In this document: positions 19,884-29,227 of the stretch, in pieces
Layout: each line of letters begins with the position of its first letter
Position numbering within the stretch: position 1 is the stretch's first letter
Source: Acidobacteriota bacterium
GTDB taxonomy: Bacteria; Acidobacteriota; UBA6911; RPQK01; JAJDTT01
NCBI GenBank assembly: GCA_965263035.1
Contig: OZ253580.1
Coordinates: 5,856,001 to 5,920,000 of the forward strand
Length of the DNA: 64,000 nt
Reading direction: 5' to 3'
Translations under genes and position numbers: made by a program
Notes under the pieces: generated by a model
Seen by the model: the letters and a program-made list of their open reading frames with translations, nothing else
Databases searched by the model: none
What the model was told of the DNA's origin: nothing

Positions 19884-21233
19884 CTAGTGGCTTGTCTCGG
19901 GACCGACTCTGGTTCCCAGAAGACTGTTGGCTCCGATACCTGTGACCCGCACCTGGACGAAGGAGCCGGGAGGGTCCTGACCCGGAAAATTGACCACCTT
20001 GTTGGTCGCCGTCCTTCCGAAGATCTTCTCTCCGTCTCTCGAGGTCCCTTCCACCAGGACCTCGAATTCCCTTCCCAGATACCGGTCCCGGTGGATTTCG
20101 AGTTGGATCTCTTTCTGGCGGCGTTGCAACTGCATGAGACGGCGGGTCCGGTCCAGGTCGGTTTGATCGTCCGTCCAGAGCTCGGCGTCCGTGTAGGGCC
20201 GGGGGGAGTATTTGAAGGAGAACATGGACTCGTAGCGGACCGTTTCCAAGAGGCTCATGGTCTGCTGAAAATCGTCTTCCGTCTCCCCCGGAAATCCGAC
20301 GATCACGTCGGTGGAAAACGCAAAATCAGGATTCCAGCGGCGAAAGTTCTCGACGATCTCCAGGTATCTCTCCCGGGTGTACTGCCGCCGCATTCGCTTC
20401 AAAATCGGATCGGAACCGCTCTGGACCGGCAGGTGGACCTGGGAACAAATTCGGGGTTCCTGCGCCATCAGTGCGATGGCGTCGTCGTCGAACTCGCGCG
20501 GATGCGGAGACGTGAACCGGATTCGCCGGATTCCATCGACCCGGGCCACCTGGCCCAGGAGCTGCGCGAAGCGGAACCGGGGCCGCTGCGGGTCTCGATA
20601 ACTGTTGACCGTCTGTCCCAACAGGACGATCTCCACGAATCCCAGATCGGCCGCGCGCCGGACTTCTTCCAAAATGGCTTCGGCGGGCCGATTCCGTTCC
20701 TTGCCCCGGGTAAAAGGCACGATGCAGAAGGTGCAGCGCTTGTTGCAACCCTCCATGATGGTGATCTGGGCTCTGAACCGGCTGGAGCGCAGCACTGGTC
20801 CGATCTCGACCGGTATCGAGTCCGCCAGGAACTCGGTACGGACCCGCCGGGACGGGTCCTGGCCCAAATCCTTGGAATCCAACTCGTCCAGAAGATCGGG
20901 CAACGAGTGGTAGAGGTGGGTTCCCACCACCAGGTCCAGAAACGGAACCTTCTTCAGCATCCGCTCGCCCTCTTGCTGGGCCACGCAGCCCACCACTCCG
21001 ATTCTGAAGTTGTCCTCCCTCCGCTTTCGCTTCTTCATCTGTCCCAGACGGCTGTAGACCTTCTGGGCAGCCTTCTCACGGACGCTGCAGGTGTTGAGAA
21101 GAAAGAGGTCCGCTTCCTCGGGAGTCGAGACCGGAATCATCCCGCGATGAACCAGGAGCCCGGAGATCTTCTCCGAGTCATGCACGTTCATCTGGCATCC
21201 GAAGGTTTCGATGAAAAAGCGCTCAGACTGCAT
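19884..21233 (-). CDS. miaB: tRNA-2-methylthio-N6-dimethylallyladenosine synthase
   Basis: TFGCQMNVHDSE, NTCSVREKA, GCVAQ, radical-SAM CNKRCTFC and C-terminal TRAM domain. Confidence 0.96.
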   Translation of the reverse strand: MQSERFFIETFGCQMNVHDSEKISGLLVHRGMIPVSTPEEADLFLLNTCSVREKAAQKVYSRLGQMKKRKRREDNFRIGVVGCVAQQEGERMLKKVPFLDLVVGTHLYHSLPDLLDELDSKDLGQDPSRRVRTEFLADSIPVEIGPVLRSSRFRAQITIMEGCNKRCTFCIVPFTRGKERNRPAEAILEEVRRAADLGFVEIVLLGQTVNSYRDPQRPRFRFAQLLGQVARVDGIRRIRFTSPHPREFDDDAIALMAQEPRICSQVHLPVQSGSDPILKRMRRQYTRERYLEIVENFRRWNPDFAFSTDVIVGFPGETEDDFQQTMSLLETVRYESMFSFKYSPRPYTDAELWTDDQTDLDRTRRLMQLQRRQKEIQLEIHRDRYLGREFEVLVEGTSRDGEKIFGRTATNKVVNFPGQDPPGSFVQVRVTGIGANSLLGTRVGPETSH

Positions 21234-21363
21234 TGATCAGACCCCGCGTGCCCGGAGGCCACGATTCCCCAACCCGACCGGGCTCGAGGCGTTCGGCCCC
21301 CACGTCGGAGTTCATTCTAGCCGAAGCCCGAAAGGCGAAACAATTGAGACGATCAAAACGGGA

Positions 21364-23088
21364 TCAGGAGGGCTGCGATACGGGTAGCTGAGGATCGGCC
21401 CGGGATTCCGGCCTGGTGGCGGCCGCTGCCCGTCGAAGCAGCTCCCGGGCCTGCCGGAGCGTCGTCTCCGTCAACGAATCACCGGCCGCCATGCGGGCCA
21501 ATTCCCTGACCCGCTCGTCTGCATCCAGGATCTGGACCTGAATGACGGTTCTGCCCTCGTGGATTCCTTTGTCCACCTGCAAATGGCGCGTTGCGTGGCA
21601 GGCCAACTGAGGCCAGTGGGAGATGCAGAACACCTGGTCGCGGTGCGCCAAACGGGCCAATTTCAGACCTGCGATCGACGCGACCCGGCCCCCGATACCG
21701 GCATCCACCTCATCGAAGACCAAGGTCTTGGAGTAGGGGGTGAATGCGACCACCGACTTCAGGGCCAACGTGATCCGGGAGAGCTCACCTCCCGACGCGG
21801 TGCGCCCCAAGGGTCGCGGAGATTCCCCGGGATTGGGACTGATGAGGAATTCCGCCGTATCCGTTCCCTGCCCTGTCTGGACCGACTCGTCGGTTTCGAT
21901 CCGGACCCGGAATACACAGCTGCCCATGGCCAGTTGGGAGAGCTCCCCCTCAACCCGCCGGCAGAAATCCTTGGCATCTGCGCGGCGTTTGCGGGAGAGC
22001 TTCCGGGACAGCGTGAGATACCGGGATTCAAGGTCTTGCTCCTCCCGGGTCCACTCCTCCTCCTGCCTCCGGGAGACATCCACCGACTCCAATTCTTCCT
22101 GGATCTTTGCCTGGTGGGCCAGAACCTCCTCCAATGACGGCCCGTATTTCCTCTTGACACCCTCCAAGGCCGAGAGTCTTTCGCCGACTTCGTCCAGCCG
22201 TGCCGCGTCCCACTGGATCGATGCGGCGTAGTCCCGCAATTCCAGACCCACTTCCTCCACCTGATACCGGAGATCGAGGCTGCGCTCGGCCACGGACTCC
22301 ATTTCCGGGTCGAGGCGGCCGAGATCGTAGAGGCACTTCTGAGCCTGATCCAGGAGAGAGAGCACACTTCCCTCCTGATCGTAAAGCAGCTGAAAACTCG
22401 CGTTTGCGGTCTGGTGCCGGCTTTCCGCCGTTGCCAGGAGGTCCCGCTCCCGTTCCAACTTCCAATCCATTCCCGGTTCCAGGCCAAGCTGTTCCAGTTC
22501 CGACAACTGGTAACGCAGAGTGTCCATTCTCTCGAGGCGCCCGCTCGCGCCTTCACGGAGGCGTTCGAGGCGCCGGCGAACCGCCATCAGATCGACGTAG
22601 ATCTGCCGGACACGGTCCGTGAGTTCCCCGTTCTTGCCAAAACCGTCCAAGTGTTGGAGGTGGGTCCGAGGCTGCAACAGGCTTTGTTGATCATGCTGAC
22701 CATGGATGTCCGCCATCAGGTTTCCCAACCGGGTCAGGACCCCCAGTGTCGAGAGCTTCCCATTGATGAAAATCCGATTGGCTCCGGTCCGGGAAATCTC
22801 CCTCCGGATCAGTATTTCGTCGCCCTCGGTTTCCAGACCCGTTTCCTCGAGAAAGGACCAGGCGGGATGCCCGGGTTCCAGGGAAAAAACGCCTTCGACC
22901 CGGGCCTTATTGAAGCCCTCTCGTATCATCTCCTGCGAGGCCCTTTCCCCCGCCAGGAGGGACACCGAATCGACCAGGATCGATTTTCCCGACCCGGTCT
23001 CGCCGGTGATCAGATTGAACCCCGGCGCAAACTCCAGATCGAGCCGGTCAATGAGCGCGAAATTACTGATGCGAAGGTACTTGAGCAT
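21364..23088 (-). CDS. recN: DNA repair protein RecN
   Basis: ITGETGSGKS Walker A, IHGQHDQ, ASGGELSR, VFDEVDAGIGG. Confidence 0.96.
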   Translation of the reverse strand: MLKYLRISNFALIDRLDLEFAPGFNLITGETGSGKSILVDSVSLLAGERASQEMIREGFNKARVEGVFSLEPGHPAWSFLEETGLETEGDEILIRREISRTGANRIFINGKLSTLGVLTRLGNLMADIHGQHDQQSLLQPRTHLQHLDGFGKNGELTDRVRQIYVDLMAVRRRLERLREGASGRLERMDTLRYQLSELEQLGLEPGMDWKLERERDLLATAESRHQTANASFQLLYDQEGSVLSLLDQAQKCLYDLGRLDPEMESVAERSLDLRYQVEEVGLELRDYAASIQWDAARLDEVGERLSALEGVKRKYGPSLEEVLAHQAKIQEELESVDVSRRQEEEWTREEQDLESRYLTLSRKLSRKRRADAKDFCRRVEGELSQLAMGSCVFRVRIETDESVQTGQGTDTAEFLISPNPGESPRPLGRTASGGELSRITLALKSVVAFTPYSKTLVFDEVDAGIGGRVASIAGLKLARLAHRDQVFCISHWPQLACHATRHLQVDKGIHEGRTVIQVQILDADERVRELARMAAGDSLTETTLRQARELLRRAAAATRPESRADPQLPVSQPS

Positions 23089-23258
23089 TACGCGTCGAGA
23101 GAAGACGAGGTCCGGTTCCGCCCCGGGACGAGAACCAGGAATCATTATAGGAAAATCGAGCCGATTCCGGGAGAGGCTGGGCGCCCGATATGTGACATAG
23201 GCCTAGTTTACAATTTCCTGGGCTGTCTTCGGAGGGATTCGACCGTGGCGCCGGGGGA

Positions 23259-23981
23259 ATGATGCAAGGTTGTTGTCTGATTGCTCAGGGTTCTTTCGGA
23301 AGCTTCTGGTCTCTAGTCGCCCAGAGTGGGCCGGTGGCCCTGCTGGTCCTGCTGGTCCTGCTCTTCTTCTCCATCTTATCTTGGACTATCATCGTCTCCA
23401 AGGTAAGGGCCTACAAGAGGGTTGAAGAGCAGTCGTTCGAGTTCACCGAATTCTTCCGGCGCAGTTCCAGTCTTTCCGAGATTCACCGCGCCTGCGATGA
23501 CTACCCGCTTTCTCCGCTGGCCGGCGTATTCAAGGCCGGCTATCGGGAACTGGATCATTGGATTCAGGCCAAGGGAGACATGAGTCGGACCAACCCCATG
23601 GACCAGCACGTGGCCATACGCAGCCTGGGGGGCCTGGAACGGGCGTTGCGCAAGGCGGCGAGCGCCGAGATGACCACCCTGGAAAGCTCCTTGAGTTGGC
23701 TGGCGACGACCGGCTCGGTCACCCCGTTCATCGGACTCTTCGGAACGGTCGTCGGGATCATCAACGCGTTCCAGGGATTGGGAGAGGGTTCGGGCACCAC
23801 CATCCAGGCCGTTGCTCCCGGAATCAGTGAGGCCTTGGTCGCGACAGCGGCGGGCCTATTCGCCGCAATTCCTGCGGTGATTGCCTACAACCATTTTCTG
23901 AACCGACTCAAGATCATCGGCATCGAAATGGACGATTTCACCACTGAGCTCCTGAATCTGATCGAGCGGAGTTTCGCTTGA
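23259..23981 (+). CDS. tolQ: Tol-Pal system protein TolQ (MotA/TolQ/ExbB family)
   Basis: TPFIGLFGTVVGI and APGISEALVATAAGLFAAIPA; first gene of the tol-pal cluster. Confidence 0.9.
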   Translation: MMQGCCLIAQGSFGSFWSLVAQSGPVALLVLLVLLFFSILSWTIIVSKVRAYKRVEEQSFEFTEFFRRSSSLSEIHRACDDYPLSPLAGVFKAGYRELDHWIQAKGDMSRTNPMDQHVAIRSLGGLERALRKAASAEMTTLESSLSWLATTGSVTPFIGLFGTVVGIINAFQGLGEGSGTTIQAVAPGISEALVATAAGLFAAIPAVIAYNHFLNRLKIIGIEMDDFTTELLNLIERSFA

Positions 23982-24096
23982 TGGAACGGATCCGGAGCCA
24001 CGGCGGTCCTCTGGTCCGGGCTTCACGTCTTCGGCCGGATCTGCATCCCGCAGTTTCCGTCCGGCGGCGGAACGGTCTTTGCAAAAGGAGGACTTC

Positions 24097-24516
24097 TTGG
24101 CCTTCTCCGGCGTGAATCCGACTCGGCCTTCAATCTCCGAGATCAACGTCACTCCCCTGGTGGACGTCGTATTGGTCCTCCTGATCATCTTCATGGTTAC
24201 GGCGCCGATCCTCCAGACCGGAATCGAAGTCAATCTCCCCCGGACGCGCACCGTCTCCAACGTCGATCCGGAGCAGCGCGCCGTGGTGACCATCGGACGG
24301 GAGGAAACCCTGTACTATGGGTCCACACCGTTGAATTTCAATGAATTGGGAAACCGGTTGAAGACCGATATCGGGACCGGGAACCTGCCCGTGTTCCTCC
24401 AGGCTGACGAGGACGTCCGCTGGAAGACGATCGTCACCGTCATGGACGAGATCCGGGTCTCGGGATACACGAATATCCAGGTCGTGACCCGGCCCTTCAA
24501 GGAGAAGGCCCCGTAG
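24097..24516 (+). CDS. tolR: Tol-Pal system protein TolR (ExbD family)
   Basis: EINVTPLVDVVLVLLIIFMVTAP; TTG start at 24097 after AGGAGG. Confidence 0.9.
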   Translation: MAFSGVNPTRPSISEINVTPLVDVVLVLLIIFMVTAPILQTGIEVNLPRTRTVSNVDPEQRAVVTIGREETLYYGSTPLNFNELGNRLKTDIGTGNLPVFLQADEDVRWKTIVTVMDEIRVSGYTNIQVVTRPFKEKAP

Positions 24517-24533
24517 GCCGTCGTAGGAAATCG

Positions 24534-25367
24534 ATGCCGCAAAGCCGGATCCTGATCACCCACGTCAAGAGCGACCGCCTTTCACGTCCGTTCGTGTTTT
24601 CGGCGGTGGCGCACGTGGTTCTTTTTCTGGCCGCCACCTTTGTGACCGACCTTTTCCCACCCGTGGAGATCGTCAGCGGAAGCACCGGCACGGGAGGAGG
24701 CCAGGGAGGAAATCTGGTCTCTGTCGGCCTGGCGGCCGATTTGGGAGGCGGCGCCGGCATGTACAAGCCGGCAGTGACCCCCAGAGTCCAGGCTGCGCCC
24801 CCTCCTGAAACCAAGAGCAAGGAGAAAGCGGTCCCGGAGGCCGCGCCGGACAAGACCGAGTTTCAGCAGAAGACGTCGCGCAAACGCCGGCCCCGAAAAC
24901 AGAAAAAAGCGGCCATATCCTCTCGCACCGGTTCCAAGGACTCGCAATCCGGCGCCGAGGCCCAGATCCCCCGGAAAGCGGACGCCGGCAGCGGGGGCGC
25001 CGGTGGAGCCCCCTCGGGGTCCGGCGGCGGATTCGGCGGCGGACAGGGAGTACGCGTCGGCGGCGGCACGGGACAGGAGGGAATGCACTCCTGGTATGCT
25101 CGCCAGGTCGAGCAGCGCGTGGGGCAGAACTGGCTCCGGGCCTCGTTGGGTGCGCTGGCGAGACCCGTGGAGACGGTCGTCAGTTTCGAAGTGCTGCGAA
25201 ACGGCCAGATCCATCGGATCAAACTGGAGCGGCCCAGCGGCGTCCGAGCCGTAGACCTGGCCGCACAACGCGCCATCCACGCGAGCGCCCCATTGCCTGC
25301 TCTTCCGCCGGAGCTGCGAAACCGAAGAGTGCGATTTGTGACCTACTTCCAATATCCTCCTCGGTAA
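24534..25367 (+). CDS. tolA: TolA/TonB-family energy transducer
   Basis: Transmembrane helix with SAVAH, Gly/Lys/Pro-rich linker, C-terminal SGVRAVDLAAQRAI..PLPALP; lies between tolR and tolB. Confidence 0.8.
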   Translation: MPQSRILITHVKSDRLSRPFVFSAVAHVVLFLAATFVTDLFPPVEIVSGSTGTGGGQGGNLVSVGLAADLGGGAGMYKPAVTPRVQAAPPPETKSKEKAVPEAAPDKTEFQQKTSRKRRPRKQKKAAISSRTGSKDSQSGAEAQIPRKADAGSGGAGGAPSGSGGGFGGGQGVRVGGGTGQEGMHSWYARQVEQRVGQNWLRASLGALARPVETVVSFEVLRNGQIHRIKLERPSGVRAVDLAAQRAIHASAPLPALPPELRNRRVRFVTYFQYPPR

Positions 25368-25382
25368 AAAAGGGATTACACC

Positions 25383-26885
25383 ATGCTTCCAGCTATTTCG
25401 ACCTTGACAGCCCGTGGCAAAAGTCGTCACGGCATTCGACCGTCCCTGCATCCCGGCGGACTGCGTTGCGACTCGGTCACATACTCCCGGTATGCTCCCT
25501 CATCGCGCCTTGTCCGGCGGGCGCAGGAACGGTCTCGGTGCTCGCGAGACTTTCACCACGGACTGTTGGCCACGGTCCTCATCCTGATGCTCGTTGCGCC
25601 CACGGGAATGGCGCAGCCGTCCGACGTCAAGATCTATCCCAAGTTGCGAGAGAGCACGCGCTTGGCCGCGGCCGACTTCGTGGCTCGGACAGCGGCCACG
25701 CCCCAGACTCAAACCGCCGCGAAGGTCTTCAATGACGTCCTCTGGCAGGACCTCAAATTCTCCGCATTCTTCGAGATGCCGTCCAAGAGTTTCTACCCTT
25801 TGAAGCCGCTACGGTCGCCGCAGGACGTGAGTTTCGATCACTGGCAGGCGCCGACGCTGGACGTCGACTTTCTGGCCTTCGGCAACCTGCACGTGGATGC
25901 CGCCGGAGCCATGATCGAAGGCTACCTCTATGACGTGAAGACACGCCAGCAGGTCCTGGGAAAGCGCTACTCCGTATCCGACGCGACGCTGATTCGAAAG
26001 GTCGCCCACGAGTTTGCCGACCAGATCGTCTATCAGTTGTCGGCCGGTACCAGCCAGGGCGTGGCCAGCACGCAGATCACGTACAGCTCTCTTAAATCCG
26101 GGAGCAAGGAAATCTATACCATGGACTATGACGGTTCCAACGTTCGGACCGTCACCGCCAACCAGGGAATCAACAAGTTTCCCGACTGGTCCGGCGACAA
26201 TTCAAAACTGGCTTTCGTCACCATCCTTCCCGGCAGCGCCCGCTGGCAGTTCTGGATCCAGAGCCTCCAAGGAGGCCGGGATGTGATTTCAACGCCCACC
26301 TCGTACGTGTCGTCTCCGGCTTTCTCTCCCGATGGCCGGCAGATCGCTTACTCCGCCCGGGGCAGAGGCCATTCCAGTGCGGACATCTTCGTGGCGAACG
26401 CCGACGGATCCGGCAAGATCAACGTCTCCAATCATCCTGCCATCGACACCTCGCCGACGTGGAGTCCCTCGTCCCGGCAGATCGCCTTTGTCTCGGACCG
26501 GACCGGACGGCCCCAGCTCTGGCTCATGGACGTCGACGGTTCCGATCTCCGCAAACTGGTATTGGAAGGAGGACACTGCGACAGTCCCAGTTGGGCGCCG
26601 GACGGTCGTCACGTCATCTACTCCTGGCAGGCCCCAAAACGTTGGAAACACGACGTTTATATAGTGGAAGTGGCCAGTGGGAAGATCTTTCAGCTGACCT
26701 CGGGAACCGGAAGTAACGAGCATCCCGACTGGTCTCCGGACGGAAGGCACATCGTCTTCCAGAGCACGCGAACCGGTTCCAAACAGCTGTTCATCATGAA
26801 TGCCGACGGCAAGAGTAGAAGGCAAATTACGGCCTATGGTATAAACGAGAGTCCAGCTTGGTCAGGCTATCTGACCCGTCCCTGA
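25383..26885 (+). CDS. tolB: Tol-Pal beta-propeller protein TolB, with an in-frame repeat inserted in the signal-peptide region
   Basis: PD40 repeats (PAFSPDG, PTWSPS, PSWAPDG, PDWSPDG) and AHEFADQIV; directly upstream of pal. Confidence 0.93.
   Translation: MLPAISTLTARGKSRHGIRPSLHPGGLRCDSVTYSRYAPSSRLVRRAQERSRCSRDFHHGLLATVLILMLVAPTGMAQPSDVKIYPKLRESTRLAAADFVARTAATPQTQTAAKVFNDVLWQDLKFSAFFEMPSKSFYPLKPLRSPQDVSFDHWQAPTLDVDFLAFGNLHVDAAGAMIEGYLYDVKTRQQVLGKRYSVSDATLIRKVAHEFADQIVYQLSAGTSQGVASTQITYSSLKSGSKEIYTMDYDGSNVRTVTANQGINKFPDWSGDNSKLAFVTILPGSARWQFWIQSLQGGRDVISTPTSYVSSPAFSPDGRQIAYSARGRGHSSADIFVANADGSGKINVSNHPAIDTSPTWSPSSRQIAFVSDRTGRPQLWLMDVDGSDLRKLVLEGGHCDSPSWAPDGRHVIYSWQAPKRWKHDVYIVEVASGKIFQLTSGTGSNEHPDWSPDGRHIVFQSTRTGSKQLFIMNADGKSRRQITAYGINESPAWSGYLTRP
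25407..25566. repeat. MITE-like palindromic repeat, family 2, copy A (inside tolB)
   Basis: Terminal inverted repeats ACAGCCCGTGGCAAAAGTC / ACAGTCCGTGGTGAAAGTC; TG on both flanks; homologous copies at 57188 and 58577. Confidence 0.92.
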
Positions 26886-26914
26886 GTGTAGTTTTTTCCT
26901 TCCAAGGAGGTTCA

Positions 26915-27685
26915 ATGAACAGAGGCTTTCTGGTCACTGTGCGGTTGGTTCCCTGTGTGTTGTTGGTGCTGGCGATGGGAAGCTGCAAGAAAAAGCCCCC
27001 TCCGGCGATTGCGGTTCCTGACGCTCCTGCGGTGGTGGCCCCCTCCAAACCGGCGGCCGTCATGCCGACCATTGAAATCACGGCGGAGCCCAGCACCATC
27101 GAGCGTGGCAGCCAGACGACGTTGAGTTGGAAGAGCACCGACGCCACATCCGTCCTCATCGACGGGGGTGTCGGAAACGTCGCCGAGACTGGTTCCCTGG
27201 TCCTTTCGCCAACCGAGTCCACCACCTATACGGCCATCGCCCGAGGGAGCGGCGGCAGCGCGCGCGACAGTACCCGTGTGACCGTGGTGCCCAAGAGGGC
27301 CGCGAAACTGTCGGTCACGGATATCGAGGGACTTCAGCGGGCGATCGACGATGGGCGGGTCCGGCCGGTCTTCTTCGACTATGACAGGGCTCTACTGAGC
27401 TCCAAGACGACGCAGATCCTGGAGGAGAACGCCCGCTGGATCAAGAGGTTCCCGACGGCGACGGTCATCGTCGAGGGACACTGCGACGAGCGGGGCAGCG
27501 AAGAGTACAACCTGGCTCTGGGCGATCGCCGAGCCCAGGTCACCCGCGACTACCTGTTGGACGCCGGCGTGAGTGCGACTCAGTTGGAAGCTCTTTCGTT
27601 TGGCGAGGAGCGTCCCTTCGAGAGCTGTCACGACGAGACCTGTTGGAGCAAGAACCGCCGCGCCCATTTCGCCGTCAAACGTTAG
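26915..27685 (+). CDS. pal: Peptidoglycan-associated lipoprotein Pal with an extra N-terminal Ig-like domain
   Basis: Lipobox LAMGSC; OmpA-like domain VFFDYD..EGHCDERGSEEYNLALGDRRA..NRRA; AGGAGG RBS. Confidence 0.93.
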   Translation: MNRGFLVTVRLVPCVLLVLAMGSCKKKPPPAIAVPDAPAVVAPSKPAAVMPTIEITAEPSTIERGSQTTLSWKSTDATSVLIDGGVGNVAETGSLVLSPTESTTYTAIARGSGGSARDSTRVTVVPKRAAKLSVTDIEGLQRAIDDGRVRPVFFDYDRALLSSKTTQILEENARWIKRFPTATVIVEGHCDERGSEEYNLALGDRRAQVTRDYLLDAGVSATQLEALSFGEERPFESCHDETCWSKNRRAHFAVKR

Positions 27686-27814
27686 GGGCTAGTGGTGTGC
27701 CTTACCGCTGGACTGTGAGACCGGGGCAATTCTCTCCCCGGTCTCACAGCTTCCGGCGGTGGATTGTCCGAGATGTCCGGTCCTTACCGTTGGGACTCAA
27801 CCTAGGAGCAGGCC

Positions 27815-28609
27815 ATGAAACTGTCAGCATCTGTTCTCGCGCCGGTATCGCTGGGATTGTTCGTCTTCTCGATGGGTGGCACCAAAGAGGAGATCGTTCG
27901 TCTTCAGAGCGACGTACTCCAGCTCTCGAACCAGATCCGGATGCTCCAGAAGAGCAACGACGAAACCGGGTCCGTGTCCCAGTCCCTCTTGGAACAGTTG
28001 AATGATCAGGTGGCACAGATGAATCTGGCGACGGATGAGTTGCACCGGACCATTCAGGACCAGAAGACGGATGTCTTCAATCTGGTCACTTCGATCCGAT
28101 CCGAAGTCCAGAATCTGAGCGTGAAACTGGACGACACCAACAACCGGCTAACGGCCCTACAGAAAAACCAGGAAGAGCAACAAGTCAGAATGCAGTCTCT
28201 GAGAACGGCGCCGGCGGCAGCGGAAGGCAGGATCCAGCCTGATCAGGCCTATGCTGCCGCCTACAACGACTTCATTATCGGAAACTACGACTTGGCCATC
28301 GCCGGTTTTCAGGACCTGATGGAGAGCCATCCTGACAGCGAGTACAGCGACAACGCCCTCTACTACAGCGGCATCTGCTCCCAGGAGCAGCAGCGTTACG
28401 AACAGGCCATCCAGGCCTTCGACCAGGTCATCAATCTGTATCCCAAGGGCGACAAAACCGCGGCGGCCTATTTCAAGAAGGCCCAGGTCTTCCAGCACCT
28501 GCAGAAGAATACGGATGCCATCGACACCTTCCGGCAGCTGATCGAGGTTTACCCCGAAACTCAGGAAGCGGTCCAAGCGCAACGGGAACTGGAGCGCATG
28601 GGGGTGTAG
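27815..28609 (+). CDS. cpoB: Cell division coordinator CpoB/YbgF (coiled coil plus TPR)
   Basis: N-terminal coiled coil; TPRs (YSDNALYY, YPKGDK, YPETQEA); follows pal. Confidence 0.88.
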   Translation: MKLSASVLAPVSLGLFVFSMGGTKEEIVRLQSDVLQLSNQIRMLQKSNDETGSVSQSLLEQLNDQVAQMNLATDELHRTIQDQKTDVFNLVTSIRSEVQNLSVKLDDTNNRLTALQKNQEEQQVRMQSLRTAPAAAEGRIQPDQAYAAAYNDFIIGNYDLAIAGFQDLMESHPDSEYSDNALYYSGICSQEQQRYEQAIQAFDQVINLYPKGDKTAAAYFKKAQVFQHLQKNTDAIDTFRQLIEVYPETQEAVQAQRELERMGV

Positions 28610-28660
28610 TTCGTCCCCAACTACAGGTGTCCCAGCCGACGACGAACCCGGGACGGGGAA

Positions 28661-29095
28661 TCAGAAAGGAATGTCGTCGTCGGTGATCTCCACTTCCGGT
28701 GACGGTTGAGAGGGTGTTGGAGTGGGGGAAGGGGTTCTGTCGGGTGTGGGGCTCCCTCCCATCCGGTCTGACCGGGAATCCAACATCTTCATGCCGAAGG
28801 CTTTGATTTCAGTGGTTCGCCTTCGGTTACCGTCCCGATCGTCCCACTCCCGGGTCTGGATTCGTCCCTCGATCATGACGAGACTTCCCTTCCGCAGATA
28901 GTTCTGGCATATCTCCGCCAGCCTGCTCCAGACGACGATCCTGTGCCACTCGGTCCGCTCCTGCCGTTCCCCACTCTGATCGGTCCAGACTTCGTTGGTC
29001 GCCAAAGTGAAATCCGCCACCGCAGTGCCTGATGTGGTGTATCGAACTTCAGGATCGCGCCCCAGTCTTCCGATCAAGATAGCCTTGTTGAACAT
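28661..29095 (-). CDS. ssb: Single-stranded DNA-binding protein
   Basis: [25 protein letters not shown] and acidic tail DDDIPF. Confidence 0.97.
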   Translation of the reverse strand: MFNKAILIGRLGRDPEVRYTTSGTAVADFTLATNEVWTDQSGERQERTEWHRIVVWSRLAEICQNYLRKGSLVMIEGRIQTREWDDRDGNRRRTTEIKAFGMKMLDSRSDRMGGSPTPDRTPSPTPTPSQPSPEVEITDDDIPF

Positions 29096-29227
29096 CTCCA
29101 ACCTCCTTTGTAACTCGTCCTTCTCACTATAACGTCCCACCCCGAAAAAAACGCATCTTGACGGGACTGGCGTTGTTCTCCGTCGATTTCGACTGTGCTT
29201 CCACGGCTCGGCGGGCAACGACCCGGT

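Noticed and set aside
24960-25080. GGC-rich low-complexity tract
   Set aside because: It encodes the Gly-rich linker of TolA and is not a separate repeat element.
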